Assembly: GCF_009914755.1 (NCBI RefSeq)
Contig: NC_060925.1
Strand: one strand, 5' to 3'
Source of the DNA: the human T2T-CHM13v2.0 reference genome, Homo sapiens
DNA: 64,000 nt
This document shows, one piece after another, positions 10,698 to 24,485 of the stretch. Each line of letters opens with the position of its first letter. The first letter of the stretch is position 1. Below the pieces are notes generated by a model. That model was given only the letters and a program-made list of their open reading frames with translations, searched no databases and was not told the DNA's origin. A program made the position numbers and the translations under genes.

Positions 10698-11334
10698 TAA
10701 AGTGGCTTTGTTGTCTGGGGTGACACCCAAGGTTCATTGTCTCACGGCCACAGAGATCAAGGTCGTGGACACACAGAAAGTGAGGTTAAGAGTGGAAATT
10801 TAATAGGCAAAATAAAGAGAATAGCTCTCTGCTACAGAGAGGGGTTCCGGAAAAATGCGTTGCTGACCTGGTGTGAAATGCAAGGGAGTTATAGATGAGC
10901 TGGTGGAGAGGTGGTGTCTGATCTACAATGGGTGTGAAATAATGGTTAGAACCAGGTGTGGCATCTGCATCAGGCATGAATCACTGGCAGCCCCTGCCCC
11001 AATCTTTTATTATGCAGGTGGGTTCTCTGCCTGAGCTTCTCCATGTTGTCCATTTCTTTCTTACTGTACACATGCTAACAAAATAGGGAAGTTGGAGTTT
11101 CCATGGTGGACACGCCTGGCCCCCAGGTAGCCCTTTTCTATTGGTGCAGCTGCCGCCATTCCCCCATGCAAGCTTCCAGCTTCCTTATCTATGTTTGCAG
11201 CTCAATCTTTCAGGCTGCTCTTTGTTAGAAAAGAAATGATTTCTTGGGCTGGTTTTTGTTAGAAGGGAAGTTCTGCCAAGGACTCTTTTGCCCTCACTAT
11301 CTGCCTACCTAATTTCTTTCTATCTTCTGTATCA
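10698..11334 (-). mobile_element. LTR9-family (HUERS-P3-type) solo LTR
   Basis: Reverse complement starts TGATACAGAAGATAGAAAGAAATTAGGTAGGCAGATAGTGAGGG; perfect 4-bp TSD CAAC at 10694-10697 and 11335-11338. Confidence 0.8.
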
Positions 11335-13934
11335 CAACCACCTTTTGGTTACTGTTTGTATGGCATATCATTTTCCATCCTTTGATTTTTCGACCAGTTT
11401 GAATCTTTGAAATGTAAATGTGACTTTGAACCTTAGATATCCAACAGCATATGGTTAGATCTTATTTGTAAATCAGCCTGCCTTTTAATTGGTGTGTTTA
11501 GACTATTTACATTTAAAGGAACTATTGATATAGTTGGATTTATATTTGCCGTTTTCCTTGTTTCCTATATGTCCCTTGTCTCTTTTGTTTCTAAGTCCCT
11601 CCTTTACTGCGTTCATTTACATTAAATAAATGTTATTTGGCATACCATTTTAATTCCTCTGTTGATAACTTTTTACTACATTTGTTTGTGACTTTTTTCT
11701 TTTTAGTGGCTCTTGATATTGTAATATGCATCTTAATTTAGCATAATCTACTTCAGATTAATACTAAATTTCAGTAAAATATGGTATTTTTTTCAAATAG
11801 AGCTTCATTCCCCATGTCCTTGTTCATATATGTTGTCCCACAGGTCTGTGAAGCTCTGTTTAATTTTCTTCAGTCTTTGTGTCTCTCTGTTATTCATACT
11901 GTGTAATATCTATTAATTTTTCTTTTATTTCATTGTTGTTTTCTTTTGCCATCTCAAATATACTTTTGAGATTTTCTCAGTTATTATACTTTTCAACTCA
12001 ATAATTTCCATTAAAAAACAATGTATAATATCTTTACTGAGATTCTCTATTTAATGATTCATTGTTGTCATACTTTCCTTTCATTCTTCAAATATGTTTT
12101 TAAAAATTCTTTGGAAATATTTGTAATAGGTGCTTTAAAATCTACTTCTCCTAAATCAGACACTTGAGAACACTCAGTGGCCATTTTATTTGGCTGCTTT
12201 TTTTTTTTGCCCTGAGTATGGATCACACTTTCCTGTTTCTTTGTATGTCTTATAATTTTTATTGAAAACTGGACATTTTTGATTATGCATTGTAGCAGCT
12301 CTGGATTCTGATTTTTTTTTTTAATTTCACTGAAATTTGTTACTGTTGCTCTTTGTTTGTTTGTTAATTTGGGCTAAATTGGTCTGTTTTCCCCTATGTT
12401 ATAGAACTGTAGAGTTTTTAAACATTCCTATTTTTATTTTTAAGCCTGACTCCCTAGGGGTTGGCCCTATGTCTACATAGCTTAGCTATCACCTAATGAT
12501 TCGACAATTGTTGTGTTCAAATACCCCGAGCCAGTATGGCTTCTGTCCTCTGTTAATAGATCTAAACGTGGGCAGAGAGCACGTTAAAAGCCCAAGGTGT
12601 TTTCAAGTATGCCCAGCTTTTGCTTTCCCTTGGGCTCTTTTGTGTCTCCTCTGTTCATGTGTGTAGCTTAGTTTAAGCCAGGAGTTTGTGTATAGTTTAT
12701 TCCCTCTTTGATCTCCTCTGTGTTGGTGGCTTCATCCAAGACAGGTTTGCCACATCCATCACTTAAACCTCAGGATAGTAGAATCATTCGTCCTTCCTGC
12801 TTACCCACTGCCAAAGTCATCAGTTTCACTTGCCCTAACACTAGGCATGGGTATTTTATGCCACTCTAAATTGAGTGTGTCCTTTTTGACCACTGTCAGC
12901 AAAGCTGCTGGTCCTAATGGCATGACTTGCTCTGGAAGAACCTCCTTGTTGACTGAGCTTGGGGGTGAATAAGAGCAGCTCCAGGAAAGAATACCACAGA
13001 CGTTTGCTATTCTTAACTAAAGTTCAGCAATTCATCAAGCATAAGCTCTTTTCAGATTTCGATATATTGTTGGTCAATTTCCATAGCATCAGAATGGCTA
13101 ATTTTGTTAATTTTTTTCAGCTTTATAGTTTTTTTTGGTTTTTTTTTTTTGGTGATATTGGGGAGAAATTTGTGACCTCTTTTCTCAGCCATAGTCAGAA
13201 GTCAGAATAATGTTCTGAAATTTGGAGGATAAAATATGAATAAGAAGAGGGAAGCGTTTTCTTCTACTCTAAATTGTTAGGGCTTTGGCAAGGTATAATG
13301 TGCCTATAGCAGGAACAATGTTTAGCAGAAATGAAGAGGAGTAATAAAGGAAAAATAAGCAAAATAATGAATTCAAGATTGCACAACTCTTTGAAGTGTA
13401 AGTGCATTCAGAATGCAGAGATTCTACTGATGTATAATTCATAAGCATTTATGAAACTGGCTATGCAAAAGGTTTGGAAAAGAGAGGGAGGGGACTTACA
13501 AATAATAGTCTTCCTAAGCTGTCCCTTGCATGACTAGTTCTTGTCAATATGGAAAAAGAAGACATCCCAAATCCCAGCCCTTAAAGGTTTTATATTCCAG
13601 GCACAGAAGCTTGTGACCTTGGACTCCCTGTTACACTTTCCAGTCTGATTCTTTCTACATCTTTCAAACGGGGGTGTGATAATACTAACAGAGGTGATAT
13701 AAGGCTTAGTAAAGTTAATGTTGGTAAAGTATTCTTAAGACCCTGGATACATAGGTCTCAGGGTATCTAATTCATAGGACATTTTAGTCAAACTAGCAGT
13801 TTTGGTTGCTTCTTAGCTTTTAATAATGCAAGTTTCCTCTGATAGCTGAAGTAAATATCTACTAGACAGGCACTTCAACCAACCAAGCCATGGCACTGGC
13901 TAATATCTGAAGTAAATATCTAAAACCGTTACTT

Positions 13935-14180
13935 TATATTTATATGTATGTGTGTGTATATATGTATATATACACACAATTATGCATATATATGTATATA
14001 TACACAATTATACATATATAAGACATATATATAATATATACATACATATTATACATATATAATACATATACATATAATATATAAATGTGTGTATATAGTA
14101 CAGATATATATACACACACATATATATTTGTGTGTATATATGTATATATATGTGTGTGCATATATGTACATGTAGATATC
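13935..14180. repeat. (TA)/(TG)/(CA)-rich low-complexity tract
   Basis: Degenerate alternating purine-pyrimidine dinucleotides abutting an MLT2 LTR. Confidence 0.9.
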
Positions 14181-14184
14181 TGTA

Positions 14185-14644
14185 CAACAGAGGCGGGGAG
14201 GAGAGAGAGATTGTTTTAAGGAATTGACTCGTGATTTTTGGAGGTGGAAAAGGATGAAATCTGAAATGAGCAAGCTAGAGACCCAGGAAAGTTGAAGTTG
14301 TAGTTCCAGTTCAAGTCTAAAGGCCTGACAACCAGGAAAGCTGATAGTATAAGTTCCAGTTGAGTCTGAATCCAAAGGCTGGAGAAGACAAATGTCCCAG
14401 TGCAAAGACAATCAGGCAGAGAAAAAGTATCCTTTTGAACTCTAGTGTTTTTCTGTTCAGGCCTTCAACTGATTGGATGAGGCCCACCACTTTGGGGAGG
14501 GCATGTGCTCTACTCTGTCTACTAATTGAAATCCTAATCTCATCCGGAAGCACTCGCACAGGCACGCCAAGAAATAATACTTAACCAAATATCTGTGTTG
14601 ACATTATGGCTCAGTCAAGTTGACAGATAAAATTAACTATCACA
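14185..14644 (-). mobile_element. MLT2 (ERVL) LTR
   Basis: ttcaggccttcaactgattggatgaggcccacc...caagttgacagataaaattaactatcaca terminus. Confidence 0.85.
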
Positions 14645-14769
14645 CCATATCCTGAGTGTCAGTCCTCCCCCTGGAAATGGTCATGTTCAGATGATTGACC
14701 ATTTCCAGTATGGGTGCCTCTCATAGATTCCAGTCTGTGGGAACCCACCAAGCCACAGAGAGTTTACTA

Positions 14770-15308
14770 ATGATCTACTGTTGTGGAATGAATTACCCAA
14801 AACCAGAAGCTTAAAACAAGACACATTTATTATCTCACAGTTTCTGTGGTTCAGGAGTCCAGGCATGACTTAGCTGGGTCCCCTGTTCTTGGGTCACAGG
14901 CTGAAATCAAGATGTCAGCTACACCTGCTGTATCATCTAAAGAGTTAACGAGTAAAAGAACTGCCTCCAAGCTCACCTGGTTGTTCGCAGGAATCAGTTG
15001 CTTTCAAATGGTTTCCTTGAGGCCTTCAGTTCTTTGCTGTTGTCACTAACAATTTCCTACCATGTAGCTTTCAACATGAATGCTTGCTTTATTAAAATGT
15101 GGAAGTCAAGAAGGCAACAGAGTGTGACAGTAAGGCAGAAATAACAATCTCATGTAACCTCATCATGGAAGTGACGTCTATCACTTTTGCAATATTCTGT
15201 TGGTCACAAGCAAGTCGCAGGTCCTGCCCAAACTCAAGGACAGGAGATATAAGGGTATGGATACCAGGAGGTGGGGCCACAGTAGGGCATCCTAGAGTCT
15301 GACCCCTG
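14770..15308 (-). mobile_element. MLT1 (F/G/H-like) MaLR LTR
   Basis: cttaaaacaa..catttattatctcacagtttctgtggttcaggagtccaggcatgacttagctgggtcc. Confidence 0.75.
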
Positions 15309-15657
15309 CAGGTGAGCAGGAGGACTAAGGATGATCATCAGCTTGACTTCCATCTGTGCCTCTGCAAGTCGTAGGAGGTGCTCTTCGAGTTTTCTGGCAA
15401 CTTCTCATCTCTGCCATGGGCTGCAAAATCTCACATTCCTGCCCCTCTTGACCTCCTTGTCTTACTCTGCTGCTTCCCTTATTTTTCTGTCGTTGAGCTA
15501 ATTCCCAGGCATTCAAACCAAATCCCTATTTGAATTGTTAATGATTTTTCTCTGTCTTGCACAGAGGAGCAAATGAACTTCAAGTTTTATTCTCACAGTT
15601 GGAGTGGTGAGGTTGTCTGTGTCTATACTGACCACAGGCCTCTCCCTCCTTAGGTAA

Positions 15658-16314
<657 letters not shown>

Positions 16315-16992
16315 TGAATTCTTGCTTGTGACGGTCAGAGAGGTTGACCATCCTAACCATACTTCTTGAATCTCCTTTTGGGGCATCTCTCTTGTTTCGG
16401 AATAGCTGGGTGTCATCCATATCACTCAACTTTGTTGGTGCTCATGGATGCTCTGTTTGAAAAGAGGCATGGCTCTGCCTCTTACAACAATCCCTAATCC
16501 CTGTTCTGGGCTCCTCAGATAATTTTGTCAAGAGCTTCCTGTCAGTAGTTCCTGACTACTCCAATCTCCAGCATCTTTACAAGGCAAGCACATGTTTATC
16601 AGATATAATAATCCATATAATATAATAATATATATAATATAATATAAGGACTTTTAAAATATTGAAGAAATTAATGTTTGTTATCTGAGCATCTGTCAAA
16701 GGTATATAGCACTAACAATGAAATCATCCCTTGTGACTCTAAGACACTTTAATATTCACTGATTTGTTTGCAGCGGAAATGAATTTGCTTTAATCTATTT
16801 AATCTTTGCCTTGGCAGAGGAAACATTAAAATAATTCTTAGAGACAACATTCAGCACCACTGTTTTTCAAAATCGAATATTGATTACTCATTAAATACAA
16901 ATAGCCGTACCAACTGATGTGGGCAACGTAAAGAGATCATAGCTATGGTTCTGTTCTTAGGAAGGATATAATGTATTGTATAATGAAAACAT

Positions 16993-17040
16993 ACACTCAT
17001 AAAAAGTACCAAGTTCACACTCATAAAAAGTACCAAGTTC
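16993..17040. repeat. Perfect 24-bp tandem duplication
   Basis: acactcataaaaagtaccaagttc x2. Confidence 0.95.
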
Positions 17041-18898
17041 AGAAAGTTCACCTTATAAGCTTCAGTCCCTCGGTTCTCCATCCACATTGTGCCAACCTGT
17101 CTCCCATTAGACTCTGAGCTCTTTGAGGACATAGACTGTATTTATTCTTTTTTCCCCAGAGTTTTAACCAAAAGATTCTTTTTAGAAAATAGAAAAAATA
17201 TTTGGGTGTAACTACTAGATTGAGAATATTAGTGGGGGAAAATGAAACTACAGACCAAGATCATGAAGAGGAGAAAATGGGACCTTTCCTTCTTCAACAA
17301 ACACTGAGGAAATCTGTTCTGGAAATAGCTCTTTTGGTGTCACAGTGGGTGGACATTGCAACATTGCCTTCTTTTCCCTAGAGAGCTCAATTACAATTTG
17401 CATTCACAAAAATTATGTAATGAATGAATGCTACTGATAATTCAAAATGGAAATCACATGAATGATAGTGTCACTTCTAGTGCTTATCCATCCATTGGGT
17501 CTTTCCATGTCCTCAGAAACAGGCAATGCTCTTTTAATGAGAAGCCCTCTGGCACGTCAGCAACCTCTGGTATCCAGCCTCATCTCGTTGTGCCGTTCAC
17601 TCTGAAGGTGCCTAATGGCTAAAGTTAATCTGCTTTGGAGAAACTGAAGCACTTCACCATCAGTTCTGTAGACGTTTATCCTTGTTTATGAAATGTGCGT
17701 TCAGTTCTTTGCTGATAACTGCTGAGTCAGAGCCAATAGCATCCTGGTGGAGATATCCTTAAGCCCAGACAGTATTGGGTTGGGGGGTATGGAGAGCTGC
17801 TCCAGATGCTGTTCCTACTAACTTTTGCTTCCCTGAGCCGCAAAGGAGAATAGAGCTAATTATTGCTTATGAAAATCTGTGAAGTAACATGGAGCCAAGT
17901 GTTTTTTGGTATACCCATTATAAGAGGAAGAAACACTTGGAAGGGCCAAGCGATTAAAGAAGAAAAACAGCAGCATTTAATGAAGAGAAACTGTTTCAGG
18001 CATGATTTCATGTGGATGGTGTTCTCTTTAGAGATTGGAATCCCCAAGTCAAGGATTTACACACGTTTTAGAGGATAAGGAATCAAGCAGCTAAAAAGGA
18101 AAATCAAACATCTTTTCATCTCTAAGGTGAAATTTGTTTATTAGGAAACAGTACCTTTAAATGCGCCTTTCTCTGAATTAATTTCATTTTCCAAAAATGT
18201 GTGCAGGTGTCTGCATCAGACTGAGGGAAAGCAGGTGTGGGGAAAAATAATTACCTGGGGCCTATACACAGTTAATCTCATCTCTGAGGATACCTGCAGA
18301 AGCCATTGGATGAAATTGTCTCTAAGACCCAAGATGAAAAGGTTATGGGAGGTCAACATTCTTGATTTAAATTTTTGTGGTCTTATCTCTCTTTTCTGTG
18401 CAACAATAGAACTTCTGTTATCAAAGGGCTTTCAATTTTGAAAAGACAACTGCTTTGTTAAAGCAAAACATTGGCTGTTGCAAATGAGCATTAAAATGCT
18501 AAGCATCTGCTGCCACTTGCCAGAGGGAATAAATATTGCAATTGCTTCCTTCAGAATGCTCAGTTGTTAGAATGCTGGCCAGGATAACACCTGAAGTGGG
18601 TGACATTTGAGATAATCAATTTAAGGCATATGCTGAAGTCTGTACTGTTCAACAAGAATAAAAAGCCAAAAGGAAAAATCTTCTCAAATTATATTTAAGA
18701 CACATCACCACAGGGTAAACTAAAAGCAGAAGTAGACAATCTAGATTCCAGCAATAGTAACAAAAAGATGTGTGGTTAGCAGAACCTTATTACTATGGAG
18801 TTTAATTTTATGACTCTACATAATCTTACCAGGCATATTTCTCTCACCGTGTTTACTGCTATTTTTCAGTGGCTTGATACATCCTTGTGTTGATTGAG

Positions 18899-19279
18899 TG
18901 CTGTGGTCTGCATGTGCCCCCCAAAATTCATATGTTAAAACTTAACTGACAATGTGATAGTACCAGGAGGTGGGGTCTTTAGGAAATGACTAAGTCATGA
19001 GGATGGATAAGACTAGGCTATTTATGAAATGGCTTCAGGGATAAAGTTCATTCCCTTCTGTCCCTTCTACATGTGAGGACACAGAGTTTGCTCCTTCCCG
19101 AGGATGCAGCAACAAGGCCCCATCTTGGAAGCAGAGATCATGCCCTCACCAGATACCTAACCTGCTGGTGACTTGATTGTGAACCTCCAGGCTCCAGAAC
19201 TGTGAAAAATAAGGTTTTCTTGTTTATAAATTACCCAGTCTCAGGTATTTTGTTACAGCAGCAGAAATAAACTAAGACA
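18899..19279 (+). mobile_element. MST (C/D-like) MaLR solo LTR
   Basis: TGCTGTGGTCTGCATGTGCCCCCCAAAATTCATATGTT...aaactaaGACA; TSD ttgag/ttgaa. Confidence 0.85.
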
Positions 19280-19365
19280 TTGAACATAGGTCAAAAGATC
19301 CTTAATCATAAAATAAACGTTCATTTCTGATTTTGCTTTAAGAAAATTAGCAACTGATAGTAGTG

Positions 19366-19488
<123 letters not shown>

Positions 19489-19689
19489 ATTGCTATTGGT
19501 CTCTCTCTTTGTGACTTATCACTTATTATAAGCAAATCATTCAATTCTGATTGAATTGCAAAAATAGTGTAAGAATTTGCAGATCATATAACAGATTTAT
19601 TGCAGAAGAGCCAAACAGTCTAATTTGATAAGAAGTATTTTTTAAAAATTATATACAGAACAATGTCTTAACTCTTTAGTATCTATCTT

Positions 19690-20125
19690 CATCCCCAGTG
19701 CCATAATCCATACTCAACACCAAACTATGGTAGTTTCCCATACACTATATTGCCTTTTCCTTATTGGACATTTGCTTTGATGGTTTCTCTGTGCTCAGAA
19801 TGCCCCAACCAGAAGTCACATTCACAAAGACGTATAGTTTAGTGCTTGGCCTTTGTACCAACTTTTTCAAAAGGCAGCCTCTGTCTTTTCACAGTTGAGT
19901 TCTGTAACTCTGCTCCTCAGTCCTGTAGCATCTTGTACTTACCACAATCAGAGAACTCCAATACAATTATCTATGTAACTGTTTTTCCCCAACTTTAAAG
20001 TTGTTCTTTTGAAGTACAGCAAACATGTCTTACTCATCTTTTTATCCTATGGCCTGGCACCTAATGCATAATAGATACTCAAAAAAGATTTGTTAAAAGA
20101 AAGACTGACTGGCTGAATGAATGAG
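19690..20125 (+). mobile_element. L2 3' fragments
   Basis: gcctggcacctaatgcataatagatactcaaaaa..ggctgaatgaatg tail motif. Confidence 0.55.
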
Positions 20126-21914
20126 AGTTTGAATTCCTCAAAACTGTCTTAAAGGATCAGCAGTTACACTTCTTTGGTTGAAACAATAAAATCCACCACT
20201 GAGTAACCTGAGAAAGAAGAGGAGTTTCCCGGAAAGTTACTGAGATAGCTCAGAAATAGAAGGAAAGAGTGGGCAATCCTGCTTTATGAAGACAGTACCC
20301 AGCACAGTTCTGAATATCCAGATAGAGAAAGTTCATGGAACTTCTAAGGTGCAGCCATCAGTTGGGAAGTTTTAACTACCTCTTGCTCCTGTATGTCATC
20401 AGTCATGTTCAGCTCCAGGAGAATCTCAGGTACTCACTGCTATGATCAGAGTGCTAAGATCTGTTATAGGAAGTGAATGTGTTGGAAAAGTGTCTGAGCA
20501 GATAATAGCAGTAGCTGCCTGAAGACCTCTTCCTCAAAGTTTATCATATAGAAGGATTGAAGGTAGAGATTTGATGGGGACATTTTTTTCTATTACGTTT
20601 TGATATCTGTACATTTTTTTTAAAAGGTAGCATAAGGGTTGAACTTCAGAAGTTTAAATACTTGAATGACTTTTTGAACAACTGCTTCCTCTAGTCTCCT
20701 TTCTGCTTCCCTACAATGCTTTGTTCATTTGGTGGGAGTAGAATTCATCGGGGTGTGTGGAATGAAAGTGTTGAGACTTCTACTCAAGTATATTTTAGTT
20801 CATATTTCTTAATTTCCATTTTATACATAATTTTTTAGATACATAATATATTATATACCTGTAGCATGCAAATACTTACATATAAAAAGGCATTTTATTC
20901 TTTTTTACATTAGAGCTATAAGATCAGAAACTTTGGAGACTATAGTTCTAAATGATCTAATTCTATTAAGTTATAAGGCTTTGCAAAAGTAAATATGAAA
21001 AACAATAAGAAAACTTTGTAACATGGCAAACTGTAGTTACATTGAAAACCAATATAAAATAAAGTACTTTGTATTATATATTGTATATGTTAATAAATTT
21101 GCTAATATTTTTTATTGTAAAATAAAACAAGATTTATTTTTCTGGCTAAAGGACTTGACCAGGTTTGATTGTGGTAGTAGTCTGTTAAAATATCCTCAAA
21201 CATTACTTTTGTGATTGGTGATAGTGATAACAATACCTAATTAAAGACTGGCTTTTTTTGAGCAAATCCATCAAAAATAGATTCCTCCAAATGATTCCAT
21301 CAAGTCAAAATTGTTACATGTAACATGGCAGGAGAAGTCACTCGTTTACTTGGCGTATATTCTAAACTTAATGTTCTGATTCAGTAACCACAGACTTTAA
21401 GAATTTCGAAGAAGAAACCATGCCATTTCTATATGTCTAATATTCCATTTTATGACTTGAATTAATTAAAACACAAACTGAAATCTTTCAAGTGAAGTTG
21501 TTTGAGTTTCTTGGAAAAGCCAAATACATAGTATCTTCATGAGAAAAAAAGAAAAAAAACAAACATACTGTGTTTACCTGACAAAAAGTCAGCAAAGCAA
21601 TTCATGAGAGTGTGAAAGATTTAATTAGTCAGCAATGTTGTTTTTTACTTCACTAAATACTGATTTTGCTTTTACTCATTTATTTCGTTTTATGTTGGAT
21701 TGAGTTGGCTGAATTGGTGATGTTGCGTAGATAAATGAATCTACATTTAGAGGTTATCCTTTCTCCTGGCATTGGGTATCCTGTGGATGGTTAATCTTTC
21801 CTCTTTCTTTTCCTCATTTCCTCCTCATTTGAGGAAGAAATCAGCAGGATCAGCTCTGCCCTTTTCTCCATCTTTTGTTGGATCTGCCTGCCTGTAAAGA
21901 GGGTGCAATCTGAC

Positions 21915-22400
21915 TGTGGTGTATTGATTGCAAATTGGCCCAAGCCCCTACTTGCCCTGTTTTGATGCCCTTGCAATGTTATTTTCAGTTCCTTCCTTCA
22001 AGATGTGCAGTCTATTTTTGCACGCCTTGGATATAGACTGGTTTTGTGACTTGCTTAGGTTAGCAGGAGGCAGGAGAAATGACAGTATGTTTGTGCTTTC
22101 CTGGCTCTCTTTGAACCCTACTGTGCCATAAGAACAAGCCCAGACTAATCTGCTGGAGAGAGAGAAACTACTTGCAGCAGAAAGAGTTGTCCCTACTGAT
22201 GGCATCCTAAGCCGGCCAGACCCCACCCAGCTGACCTGCCAGCTAACTCTGATTGTACAAGTGAGTCCCACCAAGATCAGTGGAACCTCTAGGCCAAGTC
22301 ATAGACTTGAGAGCACAGATAAATATTTATTGTGCAGGACACTGTGATTTTGTAGTTATTTGTTATACAGCATTAATGAGACAATGGGAAAATTGATACA
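21915..22400 (+). mobile_element. MLT1 (E/F/G-like) MaLR LTR
   Basis: tgtggtgtattgattgcaaattggccc...ttgtgacttgctt...tttgttatacagcattaa..tgataca. Confidence 0.7.
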
Positions 22401-23099
22401 TCTGTTTTTCCCATGAAGTAAGATTAGGAGGGAAGGGGATGAGAAATTCCTTTGCCCAGGAATTATATGACAGGAAGTACCATCTGTATTTTGGGATGAG
22501 GTGTTAGAAAGTCGTTTTTACTATAGATCTAAAGCCACACTAATCAGGTGATGAGAAACAGGTTGACATTTTGGTCTCCATTTATTTGTCTCCTGTGTCT
22601 TTTCTCATTTGGCTCCAAACTCAGGGAGGGCAGAAAAGTGTGACAAATTGATGCTCTAAAATGCATGCTTAGCTAAATGTTGTGGAAAAAATTTAATAAG
22701 AGTAAAACATACATAATGCGTATTCATGTGATAGCAGTAAAAAAAAGGATTAGAATCATTGTCGTAAGTTATTTCAACTGACTACTATTAGTAAAATGTA
22801 GCCCTTTGTTCGAATTGTATGCTAAAATGAAAAAAAGTAACTTGTTAGTAGACAGTGAAATCCCCAATGAATGATTGGCTAATTTATATATCACTGATTA
22901 CATATTTGCATGGGCTGTTGAACTCATCATAAAGAAGGCAGCTCCTCCTATTTGTGTATCTATCCCTGGTATTCTACAAGAATTAGATACATTTCAGGGA
23001 GGAAATATCGTGGTGAGTTACATATTTGTTCATGTTGACTTTTCAGGCCAATGGTCAGTACAGATAGGAATTTGTCAGAGACATAAAGTACTACAAATC

Positions 23100-23520
23100 A
23101 TTAATGTATTTAATCATACAACACATATTTATTAAGCATCTGCTATTGGTCAGGCTACTACTGTATTTGTCAGTGCAAGGAATACAACAGTGCATTGAAT
23201 ACACAAAAGTCAGAAACTTTAAGAACTTATAGGGTAGTGGGGTATACAGACAGTAAATAATTAAACCTATAAATTATATTTTATTTAGATTATAAATATT
23301 ATTTATTTTTTTCAGTTGGAATAAGTGATATGAAGGAAGGAAACAGGGTAAAGGAATAAAATGTGATGGAGACGGGTAGCTACTTTAGATAGGGTGGTCA
23401 AGGGAGGCCTCTGTGAGGAACTCAGATTGAAGTAGAGAACAGAAAGAAGTCAGAAGACGGTCATTTAAATATTTCAAGAAAACGCACCCCAGGTATAGGG
23501 AATAGCAAGTGTAAGAAAGT
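23100..23520 (-). mobile_element. L2 fragment
   Basis: acatatttattaagcatctgcta..tactttagatagggtggtcaagggaggcctctgtgagg. Confidence 0.8.
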
Positions 23521-24074
23521 AATGAGTAGGAAAACAAAGGACATATGCCAAGATGGTTTTCTTCCTACAAACTTAAATGGCTTTACCCATGATATGTCTC
23601 ATTCTTTAGAAGAACTGAGATGGGGCTTAGAAGCAACATGATGGGATGAGAAATAGGAGGAAAAGCTGGGAAGGGACAACTGGGTACCATTCAGAAAAGG
23701 GTATATCAAATAATTACAGAAGAAAATGGCTAGCTATACATGTGCCTGTCTGCAATCACTGGGAAGGAATATTTATTACTTGGAGCTATTCACGTAGCAG
23801 AATTGTCATTGAGTGATTGCATTTGAGGGAATAAAACCTGGCTGCTGATACTAGATCAACCCTCCACACACATTCCTTTGATAAAGTTGAGCTGTCATTG
23901 AAGACTATCATTGACTATTCTGTAGACCAAGATGATCTATCTAGTTTCTTCAACTCAATATATTATCTGTGTTAATGAACACAGTCATACTAATAAAGAA
24001 AACAATTCATTTGCTGATGTTAGAATTTTGATACCAATCCAAAAGTGCTAAACTTCTTTGTGAATTTCTTGAAT

Positions 24075-24485
24075 AGTGTCACAAAAATGCATGTCCACTC
24101 AGAACTTGGGAATGTGACCTTCTTGAATACAAGGCCTTTGCAGATGTAATCAGATTATGATGAGGTGCTACTGGACTAAAGGTGGCCCTAAGTCCAATAA
24201 CTGGTGTCCTTATAAGGAGAGGGGATTTGGAGACAGAACAAAGACACAGAGAGAGGAACACCATGTGAAGATGGCGGCAGAGGTTGGAGTGATGCATCCA
24301 AGGAAGAGGAAAGACTGAAGCAACCGCTAGAAGCTGAGAGAGTGGTATGGAACAGTTTGTTTTTCAGAGTCTCAGATGGAGCATGGCCCTGCTAACACCT
24401 TGATGTGGCCATTGAGCTTGCAGAACTGTGAGAGAATAAATTTCTGCTGCTTAAAGCCACCAAGTGTGCGGTAATTAATACACCT
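24075..24485 (+). mobile_element. MLT1B/C MaLR LTR
   Basis: gaatgtgaccttcttgaatacaaggcctttgcagatgtaat..cagaactgtgagagaataaatttctg. Confidence 0.85.
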
